Assembly: GCA_002339135.1 (NCBI GenBank)
Contig: DDJR01000048.1
Span: 17,989 to 81,988, forward strand
Source: Flavobacteriales bacterium UBA2619
Lineage (GTDB): Bacteria; Bacteroidota; Bacteroidia; Flavobacteriales_D; Sanyastnellaceae
Length of the DNA stretch: 64,000 nt
Reading direction: 5' to 3'
Shown here piece by piece: positions 1 through 10,864 of this stretch (the first letter of the stretch is position 1; each line of letters begins with the position of its first letter). A program made the position numbers and the translations under genes. The notes beneath the pieces were generated by a model. That model saw only the letters and a program-made list of their open reading frames with translations, made no database searches and had not been told where the DNA came from.

Positions 1-845
1 CACATTGGGATATCGCAAAAGAAAAAGACTTGATCGATTTTGATTTGGGAGCGAAAGTAACTGGAGCAGGGTTTCCTTTTTACAAAGGAAAAGGTGCTAA
101 GTTACAGCGCGGATTAATTAGGTTTTTCTTGGAAAAAGCTGATGATGCCGGATATACCGAGTACATCCCACCACTCATGATAAACGCTGAAAGTGGGTTT
201 GGAACTGGTCAGTTGCCTGACAAAGAAGGTCAGATGTACCACATGCCTGAGGATGATTTATACATGATTCCAACAGCCGAAGTACCACTCACAAATATAT
301 TTCGTGATACATTACAAAATGCTTCAGACTTGCCAATAAAACTATGCGGTTACACGCCGTGCTTCCGACGTGAAGCTGGAAGTTATGGAAAGCATGTAAG
401 AGGACTTAACCGTCTCCATCAGTTTGACAAGGTTGAAATCGTACAAATCCAACATCCTGAAAAGTCAGCCGAAACCCTGGATTCTATGGTGTCTCATGTT
501 AAAGGTCTACTCGAAGCTTTAGAGCTTCCGTATAGAGTGTTGAGGCTGTGCGCAGGTGACTTGGGATTCACTGCTGCGATGACGTATGACTTTGAAGTTT
601 GGAGTGCTGCACAAGAACGATGGCTAGAGGTTAGTTCAGTGTCGAATTTTGAGACATTCCAAGCGAATAGACTGAAGTGTAGGTTTAAAGATTCCGATGG
701 GAAAAACCAACTGGTACATACATTAAACGGCTCTGCACTTGCGCTACCTAGGATAGTCGCAGCGCTCCTTGAAAATCATCAGGATGCAGAAGGAGTTAAG
801 ATTCCTAAAGCGATCGTGCCATTCCTCGGATTCGACCGAATTTAA
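1..845 (+). CDS. serS: Seryl-tRNA synthetase, C-terminal catalytic part (5' end lies upstream of the window)
   Basis: Reading frame is open to the window edge. Class II aaRS strings TPCFRREAGSYGKHVRGLNRLHQFDKVE and TLNGSALALPRIVAALLENHQ are typical of SerRS. Confidence 0.93.
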   Translation, partial: HWDIAKEKDLIDFDLGAKVTGAGFPFYKGKGAKLQRGLIRFFLEKADDAGYTEYIPPLMINAESGFGTGQLPDKEGQMYHMPEDDLYMIPTAEVPLTNIFRDTLQNASDLPIKLCGYTPCFRREAGSYGKHVRGLNRLHQFDKVEIVQIQHPEKSAETLDSMVSHVKGLLEALELPYRVLRLCAGDLGFTAAMTYDFEVWSAAQERWLEVSSVSNFETFQANRLKCRFKDSDGKNQLVHTLNGSALALPRIVAALLENHQDAEGVKIPKAIVPFLGFDRI

Positions 846-855
846 AATTCATTAC

Positions 856-1464
856 ATGAAAAATACCCTACACATCATCATGTTGGCCGTCGGTTTGATG
901 GGCTTGCTGTCAGGGTGTAGTCCAGATAAAACCAAGGTTTCTTTACAGACTGCTTTTGACGAGTTACAGGAAATGAATGGTCGTCTCAGTGATGTCCCGC
1001 TTGATTCAATCAATGCTGTGAGAAACCGATTGCTCGAGGCAAAACAAGAATTGATTTGGCTAGGTGCTGACAGCAATGTTGTCTTTGTGAAATTAGATGC
1101 CGTTGTCATTGAGGAGCTGTCAAAAGCAAATCGTTATCTCAAGGACTCGCCCAACAGATTTGCGGGCATCTTTCAGGAAATCGAGCGATGTAAAATACAG
1201 GTTGTGGGATTAATCGATGTGATTGAGTCCGACGCGGAAATGGATGCGTTAGGAGATTCTATTGATGATCTTTACATCACAAGAAATGCAGAAATTGAAT
1301 GCGAAGCTATTTTAAAACTGAACGATGTTGTTACAGAAACACTGAGGCTTGCTCGATTGGGCTTAGAAACTGATTCGTCATCTTGGACATCAATTGACAG
1401 CTTGTTACAAGTAAAAAGAGGACAGTGGGCAAGAGGTGTTGCGGAAAATGGTGAATCGATATGA
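856..1464 (+). CDS. Hypothetical lipoprotein
   Basis: Internal ATG at 856 of ORF 769..1464 gives the lipobox-type signal MKNTLHIIMLAVGLMGLLSGC. The upstream part of the ORF overlaps serS. No family recognised. Confidence 0.55.
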   Translation: MKNTLHIIMLAVGLMGLLSGCSPDKTKVSLQTAFDELQEMNGRLSDVPLDSINAVRNRLLEAKQELIWLGADSNVVFVKLDAVVIEELSKANRYLKDSPNRFAGIFQEIERCKIQVVGLIDVIESDAEMDALGDSIDDLYITRNAEIECEAILKLNDVVTETLRLARLGLETDSSSWTSIDSLLQVKRGQWARGVAENGESI

Positions 1465-3290
1465 GAGGCTTTATTTATATACTCACCTTCTGTCTTCTCG
1501 GATGTTGCTTTCCGAAAAAAGTGCATTCGCAAACCGACCTCGAACTCGCTGAATTCTATTACAACGAGGGGAGTTTTGAACAGGCAAAATTGTACCTCGT
1601 AGAAATCTACAAAAAAAACAAGACGAACGCAATTTATCAGATGTATTACAAATCTCTCCTGGCAATGGAGGATTTAGAGGCTGCTGAAAAATTAATAAAG
1701 GCCAAAATCCGCCGCACTCATAAAAACAGTCAAGCAAACGTGTATGTAGATTTAGGGTCTCTTTATGTCACCTTTGCCATGAATGAGGAGGCACGATCTG
1801 CATTCGACAAAGCCCTTGACCTCCTTCAGCCAGGCAGAAGTCAAGCCGTAAGATTGGCGAATGCTTTCATTAAATTGGATGAATTGGATCTGGCATATGC
1901 GACGTACAAAAAAGCGCAAGACCTGGGAACCACAAATTTTCACTACGAATTCGCAAACCTCCAAGGAATGAGACGCGATTTTGAGGGGATGGTAGAAAGC
2001 TTTTTAGAACTTTTACATACCAAACCCAATTACCTGCCTACAGTTCAAAACAGCTTAAATCGGAACCTGAGATTGCAAAGTGAACCTGACAATGGCGAAC
2101 TGGTGAGATTGGGTCTTTTGCGTGCCGCTAAAAAATACCCTGAGGACAATGTCTATCCGGAAATGCTTGTGTGGCATTTTACACAAATAAAAGATTTCGC
2201 ATCGGCATTTATTCATGCAAGAGCCATCGATTTAAGACTGGGGGGAATTGGCCTAGGTGTAATGGAGCTGGGAAACACTTCAGCAGCAAACAAAGATTTA
2301 CAAACCGCTGTGGATTGCTTCAGCTACATAGCTGACAAGGGTGAGGATACACCTTATTTCTATATTGCACGAAACGAAATTCTGCAGATTAGATTCATCG
2401 ATTTAACATCTCAAATACCTCTTAACATTGAGGAAATTGAATTGCTTGAAGAAGACTATGCCTCAACCATCATGGAGCTCGGCGTGAAGACTGAGACCGC
2501 TATTTTACTGAAAGATCAATCACACATTCTGGCCTTTTTTCTGGACCGGGGAGAAGAAGCAATCCAAGTGATGGAGAAAGCACTAGCCATTGTTGGTTTA
2601 AATGAACGAATCGCGGCCGCCTGCAAGTTGGAACTCGGAGATATTTATGTTTTTGAGAATTTGGTTTGGGATGCATCGCTCCTTTTTTCTCAAGTTATAC
2701 TTGATTTTAAAGATGATCCTGTGGGACACGAAGCAAAATATAGAAATGCACGGATCAGCTATTTTACTGGCGATTTTGCTTGGGCACAAACCCAACTGGA
2801 TGCTTTAAAAGCTTCAACATCAAAACTCATATCCAACGATGCAATAGAGTTGAGTCTATTGATCACCGACAATTTCAATTTAGACACGATTTTCGAGCCC
2901 ATGGAAATGTATGCGCGTGCAGATTTGCTTGTGATGCAGAAAAAAAATGTTGCAGCAACTTTAACTTTGGACACCATTTTGTCAACTTGGCCTGGTCATG
3001 CCCTTGAAGATGAAATCTTAATTGTAAAAGGAGATTTGGCAATGTTAGATGATGATATTGAATCTGCCATACAATTCTATTCTGAAGTGACTGAACTACA
3101 TTTCGATGATATCACAGGTGATGATGCTTTATTTAAACTTGCTGAGATTTATGACTACAAGTTAAATGATGCAGAAAAAGCTGAAAGCTTGTACGAGAAA
3201 ATCATCTTTGAGTATTCTGGATCTCTTCACGTCATTGCCGCTCGAAAGAGGTTTCGAACAATGAATGAAGCTGAAATTATTGAGCAATGA
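1461..3290 (+). CDS. TPR-repeat protein with N-terminal signal peptide
   Basis: 609-aa ORF. ATGA overlap with the upstream gene. Repeated helical A/Y/L-rich 34-aa-like units (AEFYYNEGSFEQAKLYL, ARSAFDKALDL, AYATYKKAQDL). Confidence 0.7.
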   Translation: MRGFIYILTFCLLGCCFPKKVHSQTDLELAEFYYNEGSFEQAKLYLVEIYKKNKTNAIYQMYYKSLLAMEDLEAAEKLIKAKIRRTHKNSQANVYVDLGSLYVTFAMNEEARSAFDKALDLLQPGRSQAVRLANAFIKLDELDLAYATYKKAQDLGTTNFHYEFANLQGMRRDFEGMVESFLELLHTKPNYLPTVQNSLNRNLRLQSEPDNGELVRLGLLRAAKKYPEDNVYPEMLVWHFTQIKDFASAFIHARAIDLRLGGIGLGVMELGNTSAANKDLQTAVDCFSYIADKGEDTPYFYIARNEILQIRFIDLTSQIPLNIEEIELLEEDYASTIMELGVKTETAILLKDQSHILAFFLDRGEEAIQVMEKALAIVGLNERIAAACKLELGDIYVFENLVWDASLLFSQVILDFKDDPVGHEAKYRNARISYFTGDFAWAQTQLDALKASTSKLISNDAIELSLLITDNFNLDTIFEPMEMYARADLLVMQKKNVAATLTLDTILSTWPGHALEDEILIVKGDLAMLDDDIESAIQFYSEVTELHFDDITGDDALFKLAEIYDYKLNDAEKAESLYEKIIFEYSGSLHVIAARKRFRTMNEAEIIEQ

Positions 3291-3619
3291 TACTATACAA
3301 CATTACCGTTTCTGTTAATCAAGAGTGTGCTAAAGAGTGGCTTGAGTACATGATGAACGATCACATCCCTGCTGTAATGCAGACAGGTCATTTTCGCGAC
3401 TACAAATTATGCCGGGTCGAAGGAGATGAGCAGGGAGGAGAGACATATGCTGTTCAGTACCTGGCTTATTCTACTAAGGCATTCAACACATACAATACCG
3501 ATTGTGCTCCTGACCTTCAGGCTGATTTTCACAAAACATGGGGCAGCAAAGCTGTTGCATTTAGAACCATTCTACCCGTACTGTTCGAAGGTCAATCTAC
3601 AGTTAAGAATCATGGTTAG
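3287..3619 (+). CDS. DUF4286 family protein
   Basis: MILYNITVSVNQECAKEWLEYMMNDHIPAVMQTGHF...TYAVQY...AFRTI matches my recollection of the DUF4286 pattern. ATGA overlap with the TPR gene. Confidence 0.7.
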   Translation: MILYNITVSVNQECAKEWLEYMMNDHIPAVMQTGHFRDYKLCRVEGDEQGGETYAVQYLAYSTKAFNTYNTDCAPDLQADFHKTWGSKAVAFRTILPVLFEGQSTVKNHG

Positions 3620-4394
3620 AGCAAAAAAACACCTAGGTCAGCACTTTCTAACCGGTCCAGGAATCGCAGACAGAATCGCGCAGTCAATTACATGCCACAA
3701 TGGATGTAATTCTGTCTTGGAAGTAGGACCTGGAACTGGAGCTTTGACTTTGCCGCTTTTGGAAAGGGGAGACTTAGACCTACACGTAGTTGAATTGGAT
3801 ACGGAAAGCGTAGATTTTTTAGTCACAGAGGAACTGTTGCCTTCTGAGAGAGTTCACGGCGTTGACCTCCTCTCATGGAACCCCAATTTAGCTTTCCCTG
3901 ACAACAAGCCGTTTATTGTCGCCGGAAACTTTCCTTACAATATTTCTTCCCAGATTCTCTTCCAAGTCATCGATTGGCGAGAAAGAGTTCCTGAGCTCGT
4001 AGGGATGTTTCAAAAAGAAGTGGCGCAGAGAATTGCTGAAGGACCCGGTTCACGTACCTATGGAATTTTAAGCGTTTTGCTCCAAACCTATTACGACATA
4101 GAATACCTCTTCACAGTAGATGAGGATGCATTCGAGCCACCACCAAGAGTGAAGAGTGGAGTTATCCGATTACTTAGAAACGACATGGTCGACCCGGGAT
4201 GCACTTTTTTACACTTAAAAAGGGTTGTCAAGGGTGCCTTTAATCAAAGGCGCAAAACACTCAGAAATGCATTAACAAGTGCCGGTTTTGCAGAAGAAGT
4301 AATCCCTGAAGAGTTCTTGAAAAAACGTGCTGAACAACTCAGTCCCAAAGAATTTCACATTCTAGCGATCGCGCTGATACCGACCTCGTCATAG
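3612..4394 (+). CDS. rsmA: 16S rRNA (adenine1518/1519-N6)-dimethyltransferase
   Basis: Start moved to ATG 3612 (MVRAKKHLGQHFL). SAM motif VLEVGPGTGALT and GNFPYNISS. The upstream part of ORF 3426.. overlaps the DUF4286 gene. Confidence 0.92.
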   Translation: MVRAKKHLGQHFLTGPGIADRIAQSITCHNGCNSVLEVGPGTGALTLPLLERGDLDLHVVELDTESVDFLVTEELLPSERVHGVDLLSWNPNLAFPDNKPFIVAGNFPYNISSQILFQVIDWRERVPELVGMFQKEVAQRIAEGPGSRTYGILSVLLQTYYDIEYLFTVDEDAFEPPPRVKSGVIRLLRNDMVDPGCTFLHLKRVVKGAFNQRRKTLRNALTSAGFAEEVIPEEFLKKRAEQLSPKEFHILAIALIPTSS

Positions 4395-4453
4395 CTAACG
4401 TAACTTTACATCAGATTAATTTAGTTATTTGACTCGAAAAAAAAGCACTTGAA

Positions 4454-5449
4454 ATGAGCAAGGCAACAACTTTTGGGGAGTTTATTATGGATGGTCAGGC
4501 GGAGTTTCCGTTTGTTTCAGGCCAACTTACTAGACTGCTAACAGACATCGGAGTGGCTTCGAAAATCGTCAATCACCAAGTCAACCGTGCTGGATTAGCC
4601 GGGATATTGGGAGAGGCCGGATCTACAAACATCCAAGATGAAGCCCAGCAGAAATTAGATGTTTTTGCGGACGTAACTTTTATGAGGATTCTCAGTGCAG
4701 GTAGATCTGTTGCTGGAATTGGCTCAGAAGAACAGGAAGAACCTATTTTATGTGGTGACCAGGGTAAATTCGGTAAATACATCGTATTAATAGACCCTCT
4801 TGATGGAAGTTCAAACGTGGATGTTAACGTAAGTATTGGGACAATTTTCAGCATCCAGCGTCGAAAAACTCCGATGGGGGAACGCTTAACCGAGCAGGAT
4901 TTTCTTCAAGCCGGAACTGAACAAGTTGCATCGGGTTATGTTCTATATGGTTCTTCGACAATGTTAGTTTACACAACTGGATCAGGCGTAAATGGCTTTA
5001 CTCTTGACCCAGCAGTAGGAGAATTTTTTCTGTCACATCCGTCGATGAAATATCCTGAAACTGGGTCCATTTACTCTGTGAATGATGCACTGCTCAGCAA
5101 ATGTTCAACTCCGACAAAATTGTTTGTTGAAGCGTGTCGAGAAAATTCAGAGGTAAGTTTCAGAGCGCGTTACATCGGTTCTTTGGTGTCTGATTTTCAC
5201 AGAAATCTCATTCATGGTGGAATCTACCTTTACCCGTCTCTCAAAGACAAACCCGGTGGAAAATTAAGGTTGCTTTATGAATGCTCTCCTTTAGCATTTA
5301 TAGCAGAACAAGCTGGAGGTATGGCTGTTCATGACCATGGACGAATCTTAGATGAAACCCCTACAGATTTACATCAACGCGTGCCATATTACGTTGGCAA
5401 TAAAAACTTGGTTGAATCCTTCTTGAAGTTTCAACAAGCGGAAAAGTAA
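4454..5449 (+). CDS. fbp: Fructose-1,6-bisphosphatase class 1
   Basis: 331 aa with LIDPLDGSSNVDVN and GGIYLYP / KLRLLYECSPLAFIAEQAGG motifs. Confidence 0.94.
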   Translation: MSKATTFGEFIMDGQAEFPFVSGQLTRLLTDIGVASKIVNHQVNRAGLAGILGEAGSTNIQDEAQQKLDVFADVTFMRILSAGRSVAGIGSEEQEEPILCGDQGKFGKYIVLIDPLDGSSNVDVNVSIGTIFSIQRRKTPMGERLTEQDFLQAGTEQVASGYVLYGSSTMLVYTTGSGVNGFTLDPAVGEFFLSHPSMKYPETGSIYSVNDALLSKCSTPTKLFVEACRENSEVSFRARYIGSLVSDFHRNLIHGGIYLYPSLKDKPGGKLRLLYECSPLAFIAEQAGGMAVHDHGRILDETPTDLHQRVPYYVGNKNLVESFLKFQQAEK

Positions 5450-5478
5450 ACGTATCTTTATCGGTCTTGAAAAGCTTC

Positions 5479-8400
5479 ATGAGAACGGACGACCTTTTAA
5501 ATTTTTACCGCTGCGATATTCGTACTGGAACACTGCATCGTGCCCTAAAAGAAAAATCCAACAAGATTGAATTAAAAGGAGTCGTTGGCTCTGCGCTTGC
5601 CCTCGTTGCCGCTGGTATTTTTGAGACAGAACTGAAAGAAGGAGGTAGAAAAAAACCGCATTTGTTCGTGTTTGACGACAAAGAGCAAGCGGCATACTTC
5701 ATGAACGATTTAGAGCAAATCTTAGTCGAAAATCCACGCCCCGTTTTTCTGTTTCCACGTTCAGCAAGGGTGCCTTACCAAGAAGAAATTACAGAAAATG
5801 CCAATATTGCACAGAGAGCTGAGGTTTTAAATGAAATAAATGGAGGGAGAGAGGGGTGCATCATTGTGAGCTATCCGGGTGCTTTAAGCGAAATGGTAAT
5901 CACCCAAAAAGAACTAAGTGAACAGACTTTTTCCCTGAACATCGGAGATACATTTACACTGGATTTCCTAGATGAAGTCTTCTCCGAGTATGGATTTGAA
6001 AAAGTTGATTTCGTCTACGAGCCTGGCCAATACGCAATGAGAGGTGGGATTGTTGATGTCTTTAGCTATTCATTTGACCACCCCTATAGAGTCGAGTTTT
6101 TCGGTGAGGAGATTGAAAGCATTCGCAAATTCGATCCGGTTTCCCAGCTGAGTGTCAGCAAACTAACAAGAGCTACGATTGTTCCCAATGTGGGAAATAA
6201 AACACTCCATGAAAACCGGGAATCATTTTTTCATTTTATACCTGCAGACTCTGTGGTTTGGATGAGTGATGTGACAAGTTGCGAACTTGGTCTGGAGAAA
6301 GAGTTAGAAAAAGCAACAGCTCATTATGAGCGGCTTGTAGGTGAGACAAAAAGAACTCCTCCAGCTGAGTTGTACTTAGACCCCGAGGGGTTTAAAAGTC
6401 TCATCGAGGAGTTTTCTGTCGTGGAGTTTGGTGGGGGGAAAACATTTCCGGAAAGACTTACAATTGCATATGGAATGACTGAGCAACCTGCATTCAACAA
6501 ACATTTTGACATGATCGCAACGAACCTGATTGCGAACAATAGAAATGGGTATGTGAATGTCATCGTTTCAGGACAAGCAACTCAACTAGAGAGACTTCAC
6601 GATATTTTTACCGATCGACAGGATGAAAATGGTGAAAAAAGTCCCGATGTGCCATACACACCTATTCCGATGGAACTGAGTGTAGGATTTGTCGATAAAG
6701 ATCTAAAAGTACTCGTGTACACCGACCATCAACTGTTTGACAGATATCACAGATTCCGTCTGAAGGATGGATTTAGAAAAAGCAAGGAAGCGCTTACCAT
6801 TAAGGAGCTAATGTCGTTAGAAGTTGGTGATTTTGTGGTGCATATTGACCACGGAATAGGTGAGTTCTCTGGCCTCCACAAGATTGAAGTTAACGGGAAA
6901 GAACAAGAAGCAATCAGGTTGTCCTACAAAGGTGGAGATGTGCTTTATGTCAGCATTCATTCCTTGCATCGCATTTCTAAATTCACGTCTAAAGAAGGCA
7001 CAAAGCCTTCAGTGAATAAACTCGGGACTGCAACATGGGCTAAGACAAAAGCAAAAACGAAATCCCGGGTCAAGCAAATCGCTTATGACCTTCTTCATCT
7101 GTACGCCAAACGAAAAGCCGCAGAAGGGTTTGCGTTTACTCCCGACAGTTATTTACAGCATGAACTCGAAGCAAGCTTTATGTTTGAAGACACGCCAGAT
7201 CAACACACGACAACGAAGGCCGTCAAAGAAGATATGGAGAAAATAATCCCTATGGACAGGCTGGTTTGTGGAGATGTTGGATTCGGAAAAACTGAAGTGG
7301 CGATCCGCGCAGCATTTAAGGCTGCAACAGATGGAAAACAAGTCGCTATGCTTGTTCCCACAACTATTTTATCAATGCAGCACGCTCGTAGCTTTGCCCG
7401 ACGGCTTAAAGATTTTCCAGTTACAGTTGATTTTATCAATCGTTTCAAGACCGGAAAAGCACTGCGTGAAACCCTAGACAAAGTGGAATCCGGTGAAGTA
7501 GACATCCTCATAGGAACCCATGCTATCGTGGGTAAAAAAGTGAAGTTTAAAGATTTGGGTTTGTTGGTTGTTGATGAAGAGCAGAAGTTTGGTGTGGGTG
7601 TCAAAGACAAGCTGAAGACCATGAGGGAAAACGTTGACACTCTCACGCTAACTGCCACTCCAATTCCCAGAACTTTGCAATTTTCTTTAATGGGAGCAAG
7701 AGATTTAAGCATCATTCGGACTGCTCCACCTAACCGGCACCCTGTTGAAACGATTGTAACATCGTTCAGCGAAGAACTCATTCGAGATGCCATTAGCTAT
7801 GAAGTTAGTCGTGGAGGGCAAGTTTATTTCGTGCACAATCGGATAGTAAACATCAAAGAAGTGGCTGGAATTATTCAGCGCCTTCTTCCAGATATACGCG
7901 TTGGAATAGGCCACGGAAGAATGGAGGGAAAAGAGCTTGAAAATGTGATGGCAACCTTTATTGAAGGGGGATACGATGTTCTAATCGCTACAACAATTAT
8001 TGAAAGTGGAATTGACATCAGCAACGCAAATACAATTTTTATCAACGATGCTCATAAGTTTGGGTTAAGTGATTTACACCAACTGCGCGGAAGGGTAGGC
8101 CGTTCAAATCGAAAAGCGTTTTGTTATTTAATGGCACCTCCTCTGAGTTCGTTGCCTTCAGAATCTAGAAAAAGATTGCAGGCTTTAGAGCAATTTAGCG
8201 ATTTGGGCAGCGGAGTCCAAATCGCCATGCGCGATCTTGACATACGGGGCGCAGGGGATCTTCTTGGAGCAGAACAAAGTGGATTTATATCTGACATTGG
8301 ATTTGAAATGTACCAGAGGATTCTTGCCGAGGCTGTCAGAGAATTGAAAGAAAATAAATTTAACGATCTCTTCGAAGAAGAAAGAAGAGAAACTGGAAAA

Positions 8401-8931
8401 TACGTCGAGGAGACGATCTTAGAAACTGATTTCTCCTTGTTAATCCCAGACCACTACATTAGTGACATCCCAGAAAGAATAACCCTTTACAGAGAATTGG
8501 ATGGGCTTGATAGTGAACACGAATTGGAGGCGTTCCGAATAAAACTGGAGGATCGATTTGGCCCTTTGCCAACTGAGACGGATGAATTGCTTCTAACGAT
8601 GCGCCTGCGTTGGGTTGCTAGAATATTGGGAATGGAGAAAGTGATTCTAAAATCTGGAAAATTGATTGCTGCATTTGTAAGCGAAGAAGGAAGTCCGTAT
8701 TTCCAAGGACCTATGTTCGCGAGGGTCTTAAATTATCTCAAGACAAACTCACGCAACGCAAGCATGTACCAGCGAAATGGCGCCCTGAGATTGAGAATCG
8801 AAAACATAACTTCAATTCGAGTTATGTTAGGCGTTTTGGAAGATATGGCAGGCATGAGTGCTGCTGAGGCTGCTGAAATGACAAGTGGTAGAAAAGCTGC
8901 TGAACAAGCAAGAAGCAAAAAACTACAATGA
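5479..8931 (+). CDS. mfd: Transcription-repair coupling factor
   Basis: About 1150 aa. Helicase motifs GDVGFGKTEVA, VVDEEQKFGV, TATPIPRTL. CarD-like region and C-terminal TRCF domain. ORF track start 5467 is TTG; first ATG is at 5479. Confidence 0.94.
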   Translation: MRTDDLLNFYRCDIRTGTLHRALKEKSNKIELKGVVGSALALVAAGIFETELKEGGRKKPHLFVFDDKEQAAYFMNDLEQILVENPRPVFLFPRSARVPYQEEITENANIAQRAEVLNEINGGREGCIIVSYPGALSEMVITQKELSEQTFSLNIGDTFTLDFLDEVFSEYGFEKVDFVYEPGQYAMRGGIVDVFSYSFDHPYRVEFFGEEIESIRKFDPVSQLSVSKLTRATIVPNVGNKTLHENRESFFHFIPADSVVWMSDVTSCELGLEKELEKATAHYERLVGETKRTPPAELYLDPEGFKSLIEEFSVVEFGGGKTFPERLTIAYGMTEQPAFNKHFDMIATNLIANNRNGYVNVIVSGQATQLERLHDIFTDRQDENGEKSPDVPYTPIPMELSVGFVDKDLKVLVYTDHQLFDRYHRFRLKDGFRKSKEALTIKELMSLEVGDFVVHIDHGIGEFSGLHKIEVNGKEQEAIRLSYKGGDVLYVSIHSLHRISKFTSKEGTKPSVNKLGTATWAKTKAKTKSRVKQIAYDLLHLYAKRKAAEGFAFTPDSYLQHELEASFMFEDTPDQHTTTKAVKEDMEKIIPMDRLVCGDVGFGKTEVAIRAAFKAATDGKQVAMLVPTTILSMQHARSFARRLKDFPVTVDFINRFKTGKALRETLDKVESGEVDILIGTHAIVGKKVKFKDLGLLVVDEEQKFGVGVKDKLKTMRENVDTLTLTATPIPRTLQFSLMGARDLSIIRTAPPNRHPVETIVTSFSEELIRDAISYEVSRGGQVYFVHNRIVNIKEVAGIIQRLLPDIRVGIGHGRMEGKELENVMATFIEGGYDVLIATTIIESGIDISNANTIFINDAHKFGLSDLHQLRGRVGRSNRKAFCYLMAPPLSSLPSESRKRLQALEQFSDLGSGVQIAMRDLDIRGAGDLLGAEQSGFISDIGFEMYQRILAEAVRELKENKFNDLFEEERRETGKYVEETILETDFSLLIPDHYISDIPERITLYRELDGLDSEHELEAFRIKLEDRFGPLPTETDELLLTMRLRWVARILGMEKVILKSGKLIAAFVSEEGSPYFQGPMFARVLNYLKTNSRNASMYQRNGALRLRIENITSIRVMLGVLEDMAGMSAAEAAEMTSGRKAAEQARSKKLQ

Positions 8932-9719
8932 TCGAAGCAACACCTTTTAAAACACTGGAAGACTTTCTTGAAGGTCAGGTTTTAATCATCGACAAGCCCA
9001 TGGACTGGACCAGCTTTGATGTGGTAAATAAGGTAAGAGGTACAATCAGACACACCTTTAACATTAAAAAAATCAAGGTGGGACATGCAGGAACTCTAGA
9101 TCCATTGGCAACAGGTGTTTTGGTTTTGTGTACAGGAAGAAAAACAAAGACGATCGATCTTTTACAGGCCGAACAAAAAACATACACCGGAACCATTCGG
9201 CTCGGAATTACCACACCCTCTTTCGACAGCGAAACTGATGCGGATTTTTACTGTGATTTACCTGATTTGGAATCCATTACGCTTGACTCAATTGAGAAAT
9301 CTGCTGGCAAGTTAACTGGGAGTTTAGAACAAATGCCACCGCAGTATTCCGCAAAAAAAGTTGATGGCGTTGCTGCATACAAAGCTGCACGAAAAGGTAA
9401 AACCGTCGCATTAAAGCCCAAAACGGTAACGGTAAATGCCTTTGAAATACGCTCGTTTGACAAACGCACCATTGACAATGTGAATGGTATAGATTCCTTT
9501 CAATACAGTGTGATTGATGTCCAATTTACAGTTGTATGCTCAAAAGGAACATACATCAGAGCCCTTGCAAGAGACCTGGGAAAGGACTTGAATGTAGGGG
9601 GAACTTTAACATCGTTGCGAAGAACAAGAAGCGGAGATTTTACAGCTGAAAAAGCTTGGGATTTAAATGAATTACTTGACGCTGTCAAGTATTGCGGTAC
9701 AACTGCAAAAAATGAGTGA
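8928..9719 (+). CDS. truB: tRNA pseudouridine(55) synthase
   Basis: GHAGTLDPLATGVLVLC catalytic Asp motif. ATGA overlap with mfd. Confidence 0.94.
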   Translation: MIEATPFKTLEDFLEGQVLIIDKPMDWTSFDVVNKVRGTIRHTFNIKKIKVGHAGTLDPLATGVLVLCTGRKTKTIDLLQAEQKTYTGTIRLGITTPSFDSETDADFYCDLPDLESITLDSIEKSAGKLTGSLEQMPPQYSAKKVDGVAAYKAARKGKTVALKPKTVTVNAFEIRSFDKRTIDNVNGIDSFQYSVIDVQFTVVCSKGTYIRALARDLGKDLNVGGTLTSLRRTRSGDFTAEKAWDLNELLDAVKYCGTTAKNE

Positions 9720-9792
9720 AAATACTTGACTTGTATACTGTTTTTGATTAGTTTCGCGCGCTCAGATTTCGCATCAAAAAAACTCTTGTATT

Positions 9793-10857
9793 ATGGCTGC
9801 TCAAAGAATGAAGCTTTCGCACTTTAAATTCGATCTTCCGACCGAACAAATTGCACAATACCCCCTCGAAAACCGTGACGATAGCCGCATGATGGTCATC
9901 GATCGAAAAACTGGGAAATTCGAGCATAAAATGTTTAAAGACATTCTGGGAATGTTTGACGAGGGTGATGTTTTCGTTGCAAATGACACAAAGGTTTTTC
10001 CAGCTCGTTTATATGGAAACAAAGAGAAGACGGGAGCTGTAATTGAAGTTTTTCTACTCCGTGAATTGAACGAAGAGGCCATGCTTTGGGATGTTTTGGT
10101 GGATCCCGCAAGAAAGATTCGCATCGGAAACAAGTTGTACTTCGGAGAAAATGATGAGCTGGTGGCGGAGGTTATCGACAACACCACTTCAAGAGGAAGA
10201 ACATTGCGCTTTTTATTCGAAGGAACGAAAGCTGAGTTTATGGCGAAGATCGTAGAACTTGGAGAAACACCCCTTCCACGTTACATAGACCGTGGAACGG
10301 AGGACATTGATATCGAAAGATTTCAAACCATTTACGCGAAAACTGAAGGTGCTGTTGCAGCCCCAACTGCTGGTCTTCATTTCTCGAAGCAGCTGATGAA
10401 GCGATTAGAGATCAAAGGGATCGATATGGCGTATATCACCCTTCACATCGGACTGGGAACATTCCGAGAAGTAGAGGTTGAAGACATTACCAAACACAAA
10501 GTCGATAGTGAACAGCTAATTATTGGTGACACATGTGTCGAGCGTGTGAACCTTGCAAAATCTGAAGGCAGGCGCATTTGTGCAGTCGGAACTACTTCGA
10601 TGCGTGCAATGGAGAACTCTGTGAGCACGACGAACACGCTCAAGCCTTATCAAGGCTGGACGAACAAGTTTATTTTTCCGAAATATGACTTCCGCGTTGC
10701 TGACAGTCTTCTCACAAACTTTCATACTCAGCAATCTACTCTACTGATGCTTCAATCAGCATTCGCAGGTCACGACTTGATTATGGAAGCTTACAACGAA
10801 GCAATCAAAGAAGGCTATCGTTTTTACGCCTACGGTGATGCGCTGCTGATTAAGTAG
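9793..10857 (+). CDS. queA: S-adenosylmethionine:tRNA ribosyltransferase-isomerase
   Basis: [29 protein letters not shown]-terminus and [22 protein letters not shown] motifs typical of QueA. Confidence 0.94.
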   Translation: MAAQRMKLSHFKFDLPTEQIAQYPLENRDDSRMMVIDRKTGKFEHKMFKDILGMFDEGDVFVANDTKVFPARLYGNKEKTGAVIEVFLLRELNEEAMLWDVLVDPARKIRIGNKLYFGENDELVAEVIDNTTSRGRTLRFLFEGTKAEFMAKIVELGETPLPRYIDRGTEDIDIERFQTIYAKTEGAVAAPTAGLHFSKQLMKRLEIKGIDMAYITLHIGLGTFREVEVEDITKHKVDSEQLIIGDTCVERVNLAKSEGRRICAVGTTSMRAMENSVSTTNTLKPYQGWTNKFIFPKYDFRVADSLLTNFHTQQSTLLMLQSAFAGHDLIMEAYNEAIKEGYRFYAYGDALLIK

Positions 10858-10864
10858 ATAAAAT

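Noticed and set aside
7200-7793. 197-aa ORF antisense to mfd
   Set aside because: It lies entirely inside a well-supported, motif-rich gene on the other strand. Its Ser/Thr/Leu-rich low-complexity translation is typical of antisense-frame artefacts.
9801-10187. 128-aa ORF antisense to queA
   Set aside because: It lies within queA and has no independent support.
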